26,045 bases of DNA, taken from assembly GCA_031287655.1 (NCBI GenBank), contig JAITSR010000279.1, forward strand, positions 1 to 26,045, in the 5' to 3' direction. Positions 16,395 through 24,636 of this stretch are shown in pieces (position 1 is the stretch's first letter; the number at the start of each line of letters is the position of its first letter). Source of the DNA: Clostridiales bacterium. Lineage in GTDB: Bacteria; Bacillota; Clostridia; WRLR01. The position numbers were made by a program, and so were the translations under genes. The notes under the pieces were generated by a model, which saw nothing but the letters and a program-made list of their open reading frames with translations, did not search any database and had not been told where the DNA came from.

Positions 16395-16538
16395 ACCTTG
16401 CTTAAATACGGCACAGCCACAGCCCTGCGAGCGACAGATTTGGCTTGCAAAGTCTTTTCACTCATGAGAAAATGGTAGCGGAGATCCCGTGCGACCTCGA
16501 AATGAAAGACTGCCGGGACGAAGCGGAGGGTGAGTGGT

Positions 16539-17948
16539 GTGAGCGATGCTGTGCGGGATGGAACAATTGCGGTGATTCTTGCCGCGGGTCAGGGCAAGCG
16601 AATGAAGTCCGATTTGCCCAAGGTGATGCACAAAGTCGGCGGGATGCCGATGATCGGGATGGTCTATGACGCGGTGAAGCGAAGCGGTATCCGGCGCTGC
16701 GTCGTCGTCGTCGGCTATCGCGAGGAGGTCGTCCGCGCGTACCTTGGGGATCAGGTCGAATATGTGGTTCAAACGGAGCGGCTGGGGACGGGCCACGCGG
16801 TGCTGACGGCGCTCAGGGCGCTCGGCGACATCTCGGGTCAGACGCGAGTACTGGTGGTGCATGGGGACATGCCGCTGATCCGCCCCGAGACGATTTCACG
16901 GATTTGCGAGCAGAGCGGCGCGAACGCCGAACGCGCGTCGCTTATGTATGCCGACTTGCCGAACCCCTTTGGCTTCGGCAGGATTGTGCGCGACAGCGAA
17001 GGCCGTTTTATCGGGATTGTGGAGCAGAAGGACGCAAGCGAAGACGAGGAGCGGATTACGGAGGTCAATGTCGGGATTTACTGCTTTGACGCCGTTTTGC
17101 TGCGCTCAGCGCTTGGTATGCTACGCAGCGATAACCGGCAGGGAGAGTTTTACCTGACCGATGTTTTCGCCTCGTTCGTCGGTTCGGGTCGGCATGTGGG
17201 CGTGTATCCGATGCAAAACAACCGGGAGTGTCTTGGCGTGAACGACCGCGCCGAGCTCGCGGCGCTGAACCGGACGCTCTGGGACGAAAAATGCGGCGCG
17301 CTGATGAGGGACTCCGGCGTGACGATCATTGATCCGCAGAATACCTATATCGACCAAAACGTCAAGGTGGGGCGGGACACTGTGATCTATCCCGGATGCG
17401 TGCTCGAAGGCGGGACGGAGATCGGCGAAGGCGCGCTGATCGGACCCTATACGCGGAGTGCGGACAGCGTTGTCGGCGCGGGCGCGAAAATTGAAAATTC
17501 GGTCGTCACTCAGGCGGCCGTCGGGGAGGGGGCCAACGTCGGCCCCTTTGCCTATTTGCGCCCGGGTACGGTGCTGCGCGCGAACGTCAAGGTCGGGGAT
17601 TTTGTTGAAATCAAGAACGCGACGGTCGGGGAGGGGACAAAGATACCGCATCTCTCATACGTCGGCGACGCGGACGTCGGGGACAATACGAACATCGGCT
17701 GCGGCGCGATCACATGCAACTATGACGGCAGAGAAAAGCACCGCACGACGATCGGCAGCAATGTATTCATCGGCTCGAACTCCAATTTGGTCGCGCCCGT
17801 CACGGTGATGGACGGCGCTTATATCGCGTCGGGTTCGACGATCACCGAGGACGTGCCGGGGGATGCGCTCGCGATTGCGCGGGAGCGGCAGGTCGTCAAG
17901 GATCATTGGGTGTCGAAAAAGGGGCTGACGCGCGCGCCCAAGACATAG
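16539..17948 (+). CDS. glmU: Bifunctional UDP-N-acetylglucosamine pyrophosphorylase / glucosamine-1-phosphate N-acetyltransferase
   Basis: ILAAGQGKRMKSDLPKV, GTGHAV, hexapeptide repeats, HLSYVGDA, NIGCGAITCNYDG; GTG 16539 is 9 nt after GGAGG (ORF track start 16530). Confidence 0.96.
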   Translation: MSDAVRDGTIAVILAAGQGKRMKSDLPKVMHKVGGMPMIGMVYDAVKRSGIRRCVVVVGYREEVVRAYLGDQVEYVVQTERLGTGHAVLTALRALGDISGQTRVLVVHGDMPLIRPETISRICEQSGANAERASLMYADLPNPFGFGRIVRDSEGRFIGIVEQKDASEDEERITEVNVGIYCFDAVLLRSALGMLRSDNRQGEFYLTDVFASFVGSGRHVGVYPMQNNRECLGVNDRAELAALNRTLWDEKCGALMRDSGVTIIDPQNTYIDQNVKVGRDTVIYPGCVLEGGTEIGEGALIGPYTRSADSVVGAGAKIENSVVTQAAVGEGANVGPFAYLRPGTVLRANVKVGDFVEIKNATVGEGTKIPHLSYVGDADVGDNTNIGCGAITCNYDGREKHRTTIGSNVFIGSNSNLVAPVTVMDGAYIASGSTITEDVPGDALAIARERQVVKDHWVSKKGLTRAPKT

Positions 17949-17974
17949 AGAAAGGAATAAGGAAAGGGTCTGCG

Positions 17975-18964
17975 ATGAACATACATGGGAAGGGCATCAA
18001 AATATTTTCCGGCAGCGCGAACAGGGATATGGCGCAGGAGATCGCCCGTAAGATCGGCGTGCCGCTCGGCGCGCTGAGCGCCGGGCGTTTCAGCGACGGC
18101 GAGGTGAGCGTGAACATCGGCGAGGTCGTGCGCGGCTCCGACGTCTACATCGTGCAGTCGACCTGTATGCCTGTCAATGAGAACCTCGTTGAGCTGCTCG
18201 TGATTATGGACGCGATGCGGCGCGCGTCCGCGGGGCGGATAACGGCCGTGATCCCGTATTTTGGTTACGCGCGGCAGGATCGGAAGGCAAAGGCGCGCGA
18301 CCCGATCTCGGCGAAGCTCGTCGCGAACCTGCTGACGGTCGCGGGTGCGGACCGGGTGCTGACAATGGATTTGCACACGCCGCAGATTCAGGGCTTTTTT
18401 GACATTCCGGTCGACCATTTGCTCGGCGCGGGCGCGCTCGCGGAGTATTTTGCGAAGCTGACCAGGGACCCCGCCCGGACGGTCGCGGTTTCGCCGGACG
18501 CGGGCAGCGCGAACCGGACGCGGTATTTTGCGGAATATCTGGACGTTTCGATCGCGATCGGGGACAAGCGCCGCGCAAAGCAGAACGAGTGCGAGATCAT
18601 CGGTATCATCGGCGATGTGAAGGATAAGACGTGTATCATTTTTGACGATGTGATCGACACCGGCGGGACGATCGTCAAAACAGCGGAAGTCCTGATGGAG
18701 CTCGGCGCGGCGGAGGTCTACGCCGCGTGTACGCACGGCGTTTTTTCCGGCGACGCAGTATCAAAGCTGCAAAACTCCTGTTTAAAGGAGGTCGTGCTGC
18801 TCAATACGATCCCGCTGCCGGAGGAAAAGAGAGCGGCCAAGATCCGGCAGCTCTCGATCTCCCATCTGTTTGCCGAGGCGATCGAGCGAATCTATGGGGA
18901 CAAATCGATCAGCACGCTCTTTGACGTGCGGCATATTCGCGATATTGAAAATTATGTTCTTTAA
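17975..18964 (+). CDS. prs: Ribose-phosphate pyrophosphokinase
   Basis: FSDGE, YFGYARQDRK, DLHTPQIQGFF, DDVIDTGGT; start moved to ATG 17975. Confidence 0.96.
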   Translation: MNIHGKGIKIFSGSANRDMAQEIARKIGVPLGALSAGRFSDGEVSVNIGEVVRGSDVYIVQSTCMPVNENLVELLVIMDAMRRASAGRITAVIPYFGYARQDRKAKARDPISAKLVANLLTVAGADRVLTMDLHTPQIQGFFDIPVDHLLGAGALAEYFAKLTRDPARTVAVSPDAGSANRTRYFAEYLDVSIAIGDKRRAKQNECEIIGIIGDVKDKTCIIFDDVIDTGGTIVKTAEVLMELGAAEVYAACTHGVFSGDAVSKLQNSCLKEVVLLNTIPLPEEKRAAKIRQLSISHLFAEAIERIYGDKSISTLFDVRHIRDIENYVL

Positions 18965-19646
18965 AAGGTTCAGGAAGCCGGGAGCGCCTGCCGCCGGAGC
19001 GAATGGAGCCGGCGGGGCGAACAGTGCGAATGGCGCGGACGGTCCGGTTTATCTGATCGTCGGGCTCGGCAATCCCGGCAGGGACTATGATGCGACGCGG
19101 CACAACGTCGGTTTTCGCGCGGTCGACGAGATCGCGGAGCGGACGCGGATCGGCGTGCAGAAGCGCAGATTCCGCGCGCTCGTCGGGGAAGGCCGCCATG
19201 AGGGGCATAAGCTCGTGCTGCTAAAGCCGCAGACCTATATGAACCTCTCCGGCGAAGCGGTCCGCGAAGCCGTCCGATACTATAAGCCGGACCTTTCTCA
19301 TCTGGTCCTGATTTATGACGATGTGGACATTCCGCTCGGCAGCATCCGCATCCGGCCCTTTGGCAGCCCGGGTACGCACAACGGGATGCGCTCGGTCACG
19401 GACAGCCTCGACGACGGGCAGTTTCCGAGAGTGCGGATCGGGATCGGAAAGCCGCCGCCTTTTGTGGATTTGCGGGATTTTGTGCTGACGCGGTTTTCCG
19501 CCGCGGAAAAAGAGCCGGTCGACGGGGCCGTGCGGGACGCGGCCGGGGCGGCGCTGGACATCGTCGCGCTCGGCGTCGAGCGGGCGATGAACCTGCATAA
19601 CCCGAAAAAACCGCCGCGAAGGAGCGAAAATGAAAACCCCGAATAA
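18954..19646 (+). CDS. pth: Peptidyl-tRNA hydrolase with low-complexity N-terminal extension
   Basis: LIVGLGNPG..Y..TRHNVGF, KPQTYMNLSG, YDDVD, GTHNGMRS, RVRIGIG; start ATG 18954 overlapping prs stop. Confidence 0.95.
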   Translation: MFFKRFRKPGAPAAGANGAGGANSANGADGPVYLIVGLGNPGRDYDATRHNVGFRAVDEIAERTRIGVQKRRFRALVGEGRHEGHKLVLLKPQTYMNLSGEAVREAVRYYKPDLSHLVLIYDDVDIPLGSIRIRPFGSPGTHNGMRSVTDSLDDGQFPRVRIGIGKPPPFVDLRDFVLTRFSAAEKEPVDGAVRDAAGAALDIVALGVERAMNLHNPKKPPRRSENENPE

Positions 19647-21207
19647 AATCACATATGACCTCTTTGCGGAGGGGAAGGCCGGGCGGCGGGCCGGACAGGG
19701 CGAGCGGAAAACCGGCCGGAAAGGCGGGCGCGCGGCTGTTGGGAGCGTTCACATGCTCGGCGTGAACGGGATCAGTATGAGCGGGCTTGCCGAGATTTTG
19801 CTCGACCTCGGCTACCGCGTGTCCGGTTCGGACCTGACGGCCTCTAACCGGACGGAGCGTCTGGCTTCGCTCGGCGCGGCGATTTCCCTCGGCAACGCGG
19901 CGGAGCACATCGACCCCGCCGCCCCGCCGGACATGTTGGTCTACACGGCGGCGATCAGCCCGGACAACCCGGAGCTCCTGCGGGCGGCGGAGCTGGGTGT
20001 GCCGCGCATGGAGCGCGCGGAGCTTTTGGGGCGGATCATGGCCGCGCACGAAAGGTCGATCGCGGTCGCGGGGACGCATGGCAAAACGACGACGACTGCC
20101 ATGCTCGCGGAGATTTTTATCGCGGAGGGTCGCGATCCGACGGTCCATATCGGCGCGGAGTATGAGCCGATCGGCGGGACGACGCGGATCGGCGGGCGCG
20201 GTCTCTTTCTTGCGGAAGCCTGCGAATATGTCGACAGTTTTTTAAAATTCTATCCGTCGATCGCGCTGATCACGAATGTGGATTTTGACCATTCGGACTA
20301 TTTTCGGGACATCGCCCATGTGCGCGCGTCATTTTTGGCGTTTGCGGCGCAGGCGGGGCAGGCGGTCGTCGCGAACGCGGACGACGAAAACGTCATGCGG
20401 ATTTACCGCGAACGCGAACAGACCCTTGAGACGCAAGCGCATTTGCGAAAGAAAGCCTGTCCGCGGTCGCAAACCTGTTCACGAGCGCGGACCTGTCCGA
20501 GAGCGCGGGCAAACTTGCGTTGGGTGTTCTTTGGTCTCAACTCCGAACAGGCCGCCTTTCGGGCGCGGGCCATACGCTTTGACGAGGTATACAACGCGTC
20601 GTTTGAGCTCGCGATGCCCGACGATGAAGCCGTGTCCGTTCAATTGGACGTCCCCGGAACGCACAATGTCTACAATGCGCTTGCGGCGGCGGCGGCGGCG
20701 CGGGTCGCGGGCTGCTCCGCGGTGGCGATCCAAAAGGGTCTCTCCGCGTTTTGCGGCGCGAAAAAGCGGTTTGAATATAAAGGTACGGCGGGCGGGGTCA
20801 CGGTGGTCGACGATTACGCCCACCACCCTTCGGAAATCCGTCCCGCGCTGCTTGCCGCAAAAAAGGTCGCGCGCGACGGCAAGGTCGTCTGTGTGTTCCA
20901 GCCGCACACATATTCGCGGACTAAGGCGTTCCTCTCAGATTTTGCCGAAGCCTTCCGGGATGCGGACCTCGTGGTTTTGGCGGACATCTTCGCGGCGCGG
21001 GAGCCGGACCCCGGCGACATCAGCTCCGCGATTCTGGCCGAGCGGATCAACGGGGCGGGCGGGAGCGCCGTCCATATCGGCGCGGGCTTTGAGGAGATCG
21101 CGGCCTATGTGCGCGAGATCGCAAGGCCGGGCGACCTCGTCCTCACGATGGGCGCGGGGCTCGCGGTCCGCGTCGCGGATATTCTGCTCGCCGGATCGCT
21201 TGCGTGA
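19630..21207 (+). CDS. murC: UDP-N-acetylmuramate--L-alanine ligase
   Basis: GISMSGLA, SGSD, GTHGKTTTTAM, EACEY, DDYAHHP.EI, FQPHTYSRT, DIFAARE, MGAG. Confidence 0.95.
   Translation: MKTPNKITYDLFAEGKAGRRAGQGERKTGRKGGRAAVGSVHMLGVNGISMSGLAEILLDLGYRVSGSDLTASNRTERLASLGAAISLGNAAEHIDPAAPPDMLVYTAAISPDNPELLRAAELGVPRMERAELLGRIMAAHERSIAVAGTHGKTTTTAMLAEIFIAEGRDPTVHIGAEYEPIGGTTRIGGRGLFLAEACEYVDSFLKFYPSIALITNVDFDHSDYFRDIAHVRASFLAFAAQAGQAVVANADDENVMRIYREREQTLETQAHLRKKACPRSQTCSRARTCPRARANLRWVFFGLNSEQAAFRARAIRFDEVYNASFELAMPDDEAVSVQLDVPGTHNVYNALAAAAAARVAGCSAVAIQKGLSAFCGAKKRFEYKGTAGGVTVVDDYAHHPSEIRPALLAAKKVARDGKVVCVFQPHTYSRTKAFLSDFAEAFRDADLVVLADIFAAREPDPGDISSAILAERINGAGGSAVHIGAGFEEIAAYVREIARPGDLVLTMGAGLAVRVADILLAGSLA
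20455..20508 (+). repeat. Three degenerate 18-bp in-frame repeats inside murC (ACPRSQ-TCSRAR-TCPRAR)
   Basis: GCCTGTCCGCGGTCGCAA / ACCTGTTCACGAGCGCGG / ACCTGTCCGAGAGCGCGG. Confidence 0.8.
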
Positions 21208-21245
21208 GCACATCATGGAGATTGAAAAGCAATAGGGGTGATCAT

Positions 21246-22319
21246 GTGATTTCAGAATACACTTTTTCGGACACAGTGGAACCGTTATTCCTTTGCGGAG
21301 ATTCCTACGACATATTAAAGTCTTTTCCTGACAACTCAATTGATATGGCGATGACAAGTCCTCCTTATTGGGGAAAGCGGGAATACGAGAATCAAGATGG
21401 CATTGGATTGGAGAAAGACTTTAGGGAGTATATCGACAATCTTTTAAACATATTCGGAGAGCTGCGCAGAGTTCTTAAAACTACGGGGAGTTTTTGGCTC
21501 AATATCGGAGATTCATATTCGTGCAAAAATCTGTTAGGGATTCCGTGGCGAATAGCACTTCGGATGTGCGACGAGCAAGGCTGGATACTCCGAAACAGCG
21601 TTGTATGGAATAAAGTCAAAGGCGGCCCCGATAACTCTTTGGACAAACTTCGCAATATACATGAAGATTTATTTCATTTTGTTAAGTCAAAAAAATATTA
21701 TTATGATACATCTATGGCAAGAAAAGAACCCTTGAAAGCCAAAGTTCAAAACGGCGCCGTTGTTTCGGCGACTGGCGTTACCGGTATTCGATACAAAAGA
21801 CAAATTGAATTGTCAACGATACTTACCAATCTGCAAAAGGAGAATGCTTTTTCAGAATTAAATGGTATTCTTGAGCAGATAAGGTCTGGTGAAATTGCTG
21901 ATTTCCGTATGATAATTAAGGGACAGCAAAGAACGACTCACTCTGATTCAACAAAAGTATCAGGCAGAGCTAAAGAGCTTGAAACAAAGGGATTTTATTT
22001 TATGAAATATCATCCCGACGGAGCGAAAATGGGTGATGTATGGGATATAATCCCTGAAGATACTCAAGGAAGGAAATTACACTTTGCACCTTATCCTGCT
22101 GATTTATGCAGGACACCAATTTTAACGACTTGTCCGCCAAACGGCATTGTGCTAGACCCGTTTTGCGGGACTGGTACAACGATGGCTGTCGCATATGAAA
22201 ATGGACGAAAATCCGTAGGCATTGACATTGCACAGGGATATGTAGATTACGCTGAAGAAAGGGTAGGTGCAAATGAGCAAGGTCAAAGAACTCTTTGGTC
22301 TGTATACCAAGCGAGATGA
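21246..22319 (+). CDS. Beta-class amino-DNA methyltransferase (N4-cytosine or N6-adenine)
   Basis: Motif IV TSPPY near N-terminus, motif I DPFCGTGTT near C-terminus; GTG 21246 after AGGGGTG SD. Confidence 0.92.
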   Translation: MISEYTFSDTVEPLFLCGDSYDILKSFPDNSIDMAMTSPPYWGKREYENQDGIGLEKDFREYIDNLLNIFGELRRVLKTTGSFWLNIGDSYSCKNLLGIPWRIALRMCDEQGWILRNSVVWNKVKGGPDNSLDKLRNIHEDLFHFVKSKKYYYDTSMARKEPLKAKVQNGAVVSATGVTGIRYKRQIELSTILTNLQKENAFSELNGILEQIRSGEIADFRMIIKGQQRTTHSDSTKVSGRAKELETKGFYFMKYHPDGAKMGDVWDIIPEDTQGRKLHFAPYPADLCRTPILTTCPPNGIVLDPFCGTGTTMAVAYENGRKSVGIDIAQGYVDYAEERVGANEQGQRTLWSVYQAR

Positions 22320-23115
22320 TATAGAATGGGAAACTATTCTGCGAGAGCAGCATTGCCCATATACAAATAAGAAGTGCTTTAAGGTTCGGAAAAGCAATCC
22401 GGGTATTTCTATTGGTGTTTGCACCGTGAACTACAGCAAATATGATGAGGTCATGATTTGTCCGCATCGGCTGTTGGAGAGAAGGCAAATTTTCACTGAT
22501 TGTGTCCACCTTTTATCATTGCACGAGCCGGGCAATGAACTTCATTTGCTTTCAGAGGTAGCGATCCCCGGTGGCAGCGTGGATTATTTTTTAGTATCTG
22601 TTTGCAAGGGCAAGGTGGTTGATTTTATGGGTATCGAACTTCAAACTCTTGATACTGCTGGCAGCCTTTGGAGCGAGCGTACAGCGCTCATTCGTGAAAA
22701 GGGATTACCTGTCGAAGATGACGATTTGTTGGCTAAGACGTTCAGTATGAATTGGAAAATGTCTGCAAAGACAATCCTTGTTCAAATGTATCACAAGATA
22801 AATACTTTTGAGCACTTGGGTAAACATATGGCGCTTGTTATTCAAGACTGTTTCCGTGACTATATGGCGCGTGAATTTAGCTTTTCGCATATGCGGCAAG
22901 CACGGCAAGGCGATTCATTTCACATTCATTCGTATTCTTTGGTTGAAGCGGACGACACCACTTTACGTTTGCAGTTAAGCGATAGAATCAGTACAGACGC
23001 CGATGGAATTGCGCTTTGCTTAGGCCTTCAAGCCGAAGCAAAAATTGAGCTTGAAATGCTTGTGAAGTATTTAGAAACAAAAATTTCAGGCAACACTATT
23101 TTCAATGTGATATAG
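22273..23115 (+). CDS. NotI-family type II restriction endonuclease
   Basis: N-terminal Cys4 (CP...C.K...GVC...ICP.R) and E...D...ExQ nuclease core (EVAIP, SVD, GIELQ), followed by NWK...K.ILVQ...K; coupled to the methyltransferase gene. Confidence 0.8.
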   Translation: MSKVKELFGLYTKRDDIEWETILREQHCPYTNKKCFKVRKSNPGISIGVCTVNYSKYDEVMICPHRLLERRQIFTDCVHLLSLHEPGNELHLLSEVAIPGGSVDYFLVSVCKGKVVDFMGIELQTLDTAGSLWSERTALIREKGLPVEDDDLLAKTFSMNWKMSAKTILVQMYHKINTFEHLGKHMALVIQDCFRDYMAREFSFSHMRQARQGDSFHIHSYSLVEADDTTLRLQLSDRISTDADGIALCLGLQAEAKIELEMLVKYLETKISGNTIFNVI

Positions 23116-23208
23116 AATAAACTGAACTCTGACCCGGTCAAGGCGACGATTATGAACATGTTAGCCGCCGACTGGTTTCTATGAATTACGAAAAAGTATC
23201 ATCGCCAC

Positions 23209-23376
23209 ATGGCGATGAAGTTGGCGATGATATTGGCGCAGTTTGATCCCAAAAAGTCGCCGCTGATTAAGCTGTGGCAGGACGAACTTCGCGAAAAGCA
23301 AGCGGCGAAAGGCACACTTGACCGCGAATATTACAAGCTCCGCGACGAAATAAAACACGCCTCAACGAATCGTTAG
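23209..23376 (+). pseudogene. Probable C-terminal remnant of a MobA/MobL-type relaxase
   Basis: Hand translation MAMKLAMILAQFDPKKSPLIKLWQDELREKQAAKGTLDREYYKLRDEIKHASTNR*; FDPKK.P.I..W...EY..L.DE.K resembles, from memory, the coiled-coil tail of clostridial relaxases; stop at 23182-23184 closes the frame upstream. Confidence 0.45.
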
Positions 23377-23409
23377 GCGGCACATACTCCGAGAGGATTA
23401 TGTGCCGCC
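23376..23409. terminator. Strong hairpin between convergent genes
   Basis: GGCGGCACATA-C-TCC-GAGA-GGA-T-TATGTGCCGCC; no clear U-tract, so function uncertain. Confidence 0.4.
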
Positions 23410-23466
23410 GATGCTACTTGACATAACTAATCGTGTTGTATCGGCGCACTGCATCCACCAAATTCA

Positions 23467-24609
23467 TCAATCGAGAAAGCGCATATGTTTTCCGTTATTC
23501 CAATACTTATCACTTAGCATCTCTGTGTTTAGGCACAACGTTGACGCAGGAACGTCAAGGTTTTGATTCAATTCCGGTTTATAATTTGAAATAGACATAG
23601 GGTCTGTACTCCAAGGCTGTAATTGTGCGGCTGTCGCACGCAATGAGTCAACACCCGCATCTGTTGAAAACCCCTGTTCAATCATCCACTCATCGCTGAA
23701 TAGAGTTTGAATATAGCGTTCGCCGCCGTCGGAAACCATACAGACGATACGTTTATCTCGTGGAAGCCGTTGTGCAAGATGCAGCGCGACCAACGCACAC
23801 GCTCCGCTTGATGGGCCCATTAGTATACCTTCCAGTTTTGCGAAACTGCGTGCCGTTACAAATGCCTGTTCATCGGTTATTTTGTATACGCAGTCAATGT
23901 TATTCATTGTGAGATTATTGGGCGTCCACGCAAGCCCAATACCCGGTATACGGTAGGCGTGTGAATCACCTCCGAAAATTGATGAGCCAACCGCGTCAAC
24001 TCCTATGACCTGAACTTCCGGCATATATGTGTTTAGAGATTTAGATATGCCGCCTAATTGCCCTCCGGTACTAACGGCAGCAATAATCGCGGTCAACCCC
24101 TGTTGGCAGTTATTGATAATTTCACAAGCTGTTCCGTTATAATGCGCGTCGCTATTCAACAGATTAAAACACTGATCGGGTCTGAACGAATTTTCTATTT
24201 CCCTTGCGAGTTTATTTGCTAATGCGATTCTTGTTTTATGATAGCTACCGGAATCGTCTTGCTCTGTGACAACAATAACCTCTGCGCCAAAAGCCTTCAA
24301 AAGTGATAAGTTTGCATTCGTTGTTTTAGGGTCAACCAGTATAATGACACGGTAGCCCTTAGCGGCGCCAATCATAGCTAAAGAAATCCCGAAGTTCCCG
24401 CTTGACGATTCGATTATAGTTCCGCCGGGCTTTAACCATTTTCGTCGCTCAGCTTCGTTGATAATATAAATAGCGGGACGGTCTTTTATGCTTCCACCCG
24501 GATTGCTCCGCTCATATTTGAATAGCACCTGCCCCTCGTCTTTCGTTGTGCAGTTCTTAATTTCTATGAGCGGCGTATTGCCAATAGTGCCGAGAATGTC
24601 TGTTATCAT
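23467..24609 (-). CDS. PLP-dependent cysteine-synthase-family enzyme, SbnA-like
   Basis: IGNTPL, NPGGSIKDRPA (PLP lysine), ESSSGNFG, VDPK...N, EQDDSGSYHKTRI, VSTGGQLGG, PGIG, GPSSGA; GGAG SD. Confidence 0.85.
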   Translation of the reverse strand: MITDILGTIGNTPLIEIKNCTTKDEGQVLFKYERSNPGGSIKDRPAIYIINEAERRKWLKPGGTIIESSSGNFGISLAMIGAAKGYRVIILVDPKTTNANLSLLKAFGAEVIVVTEQDDSGSYHKTRIALANKLAREIENSFRPDQCFNLLNSDAHYNGTACEIINNCQQGLTAIIAAVSTGGQLGGISKSLNTYMPEVQVIGVDAVGSSIFGGDSHAYRIPGIGLAWTPNNLTMNNIDCVYKITDEQAFVTARSFAKLEGILMGPSSGACALVALHLAQRLPRDKRIVCMVSDGGERYIQTLFSDEWMIEQGFSTDAGVDSLRATAAQLQPWSTDPMSISNYKPELNQNLDVPASTLCLNTEMLSDKYWNNGKHMRFLD

Positions 24610-24636
24610 TTTGGTGTCTCCTGTTCATATATTTGT

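Noticed and set aside
21254-21263. GAATACACT resembling the 36-bp repeat arm
   Set aside because: Inside coding sequence, two mismatches over 11 bp and no partner arm; likely chance.
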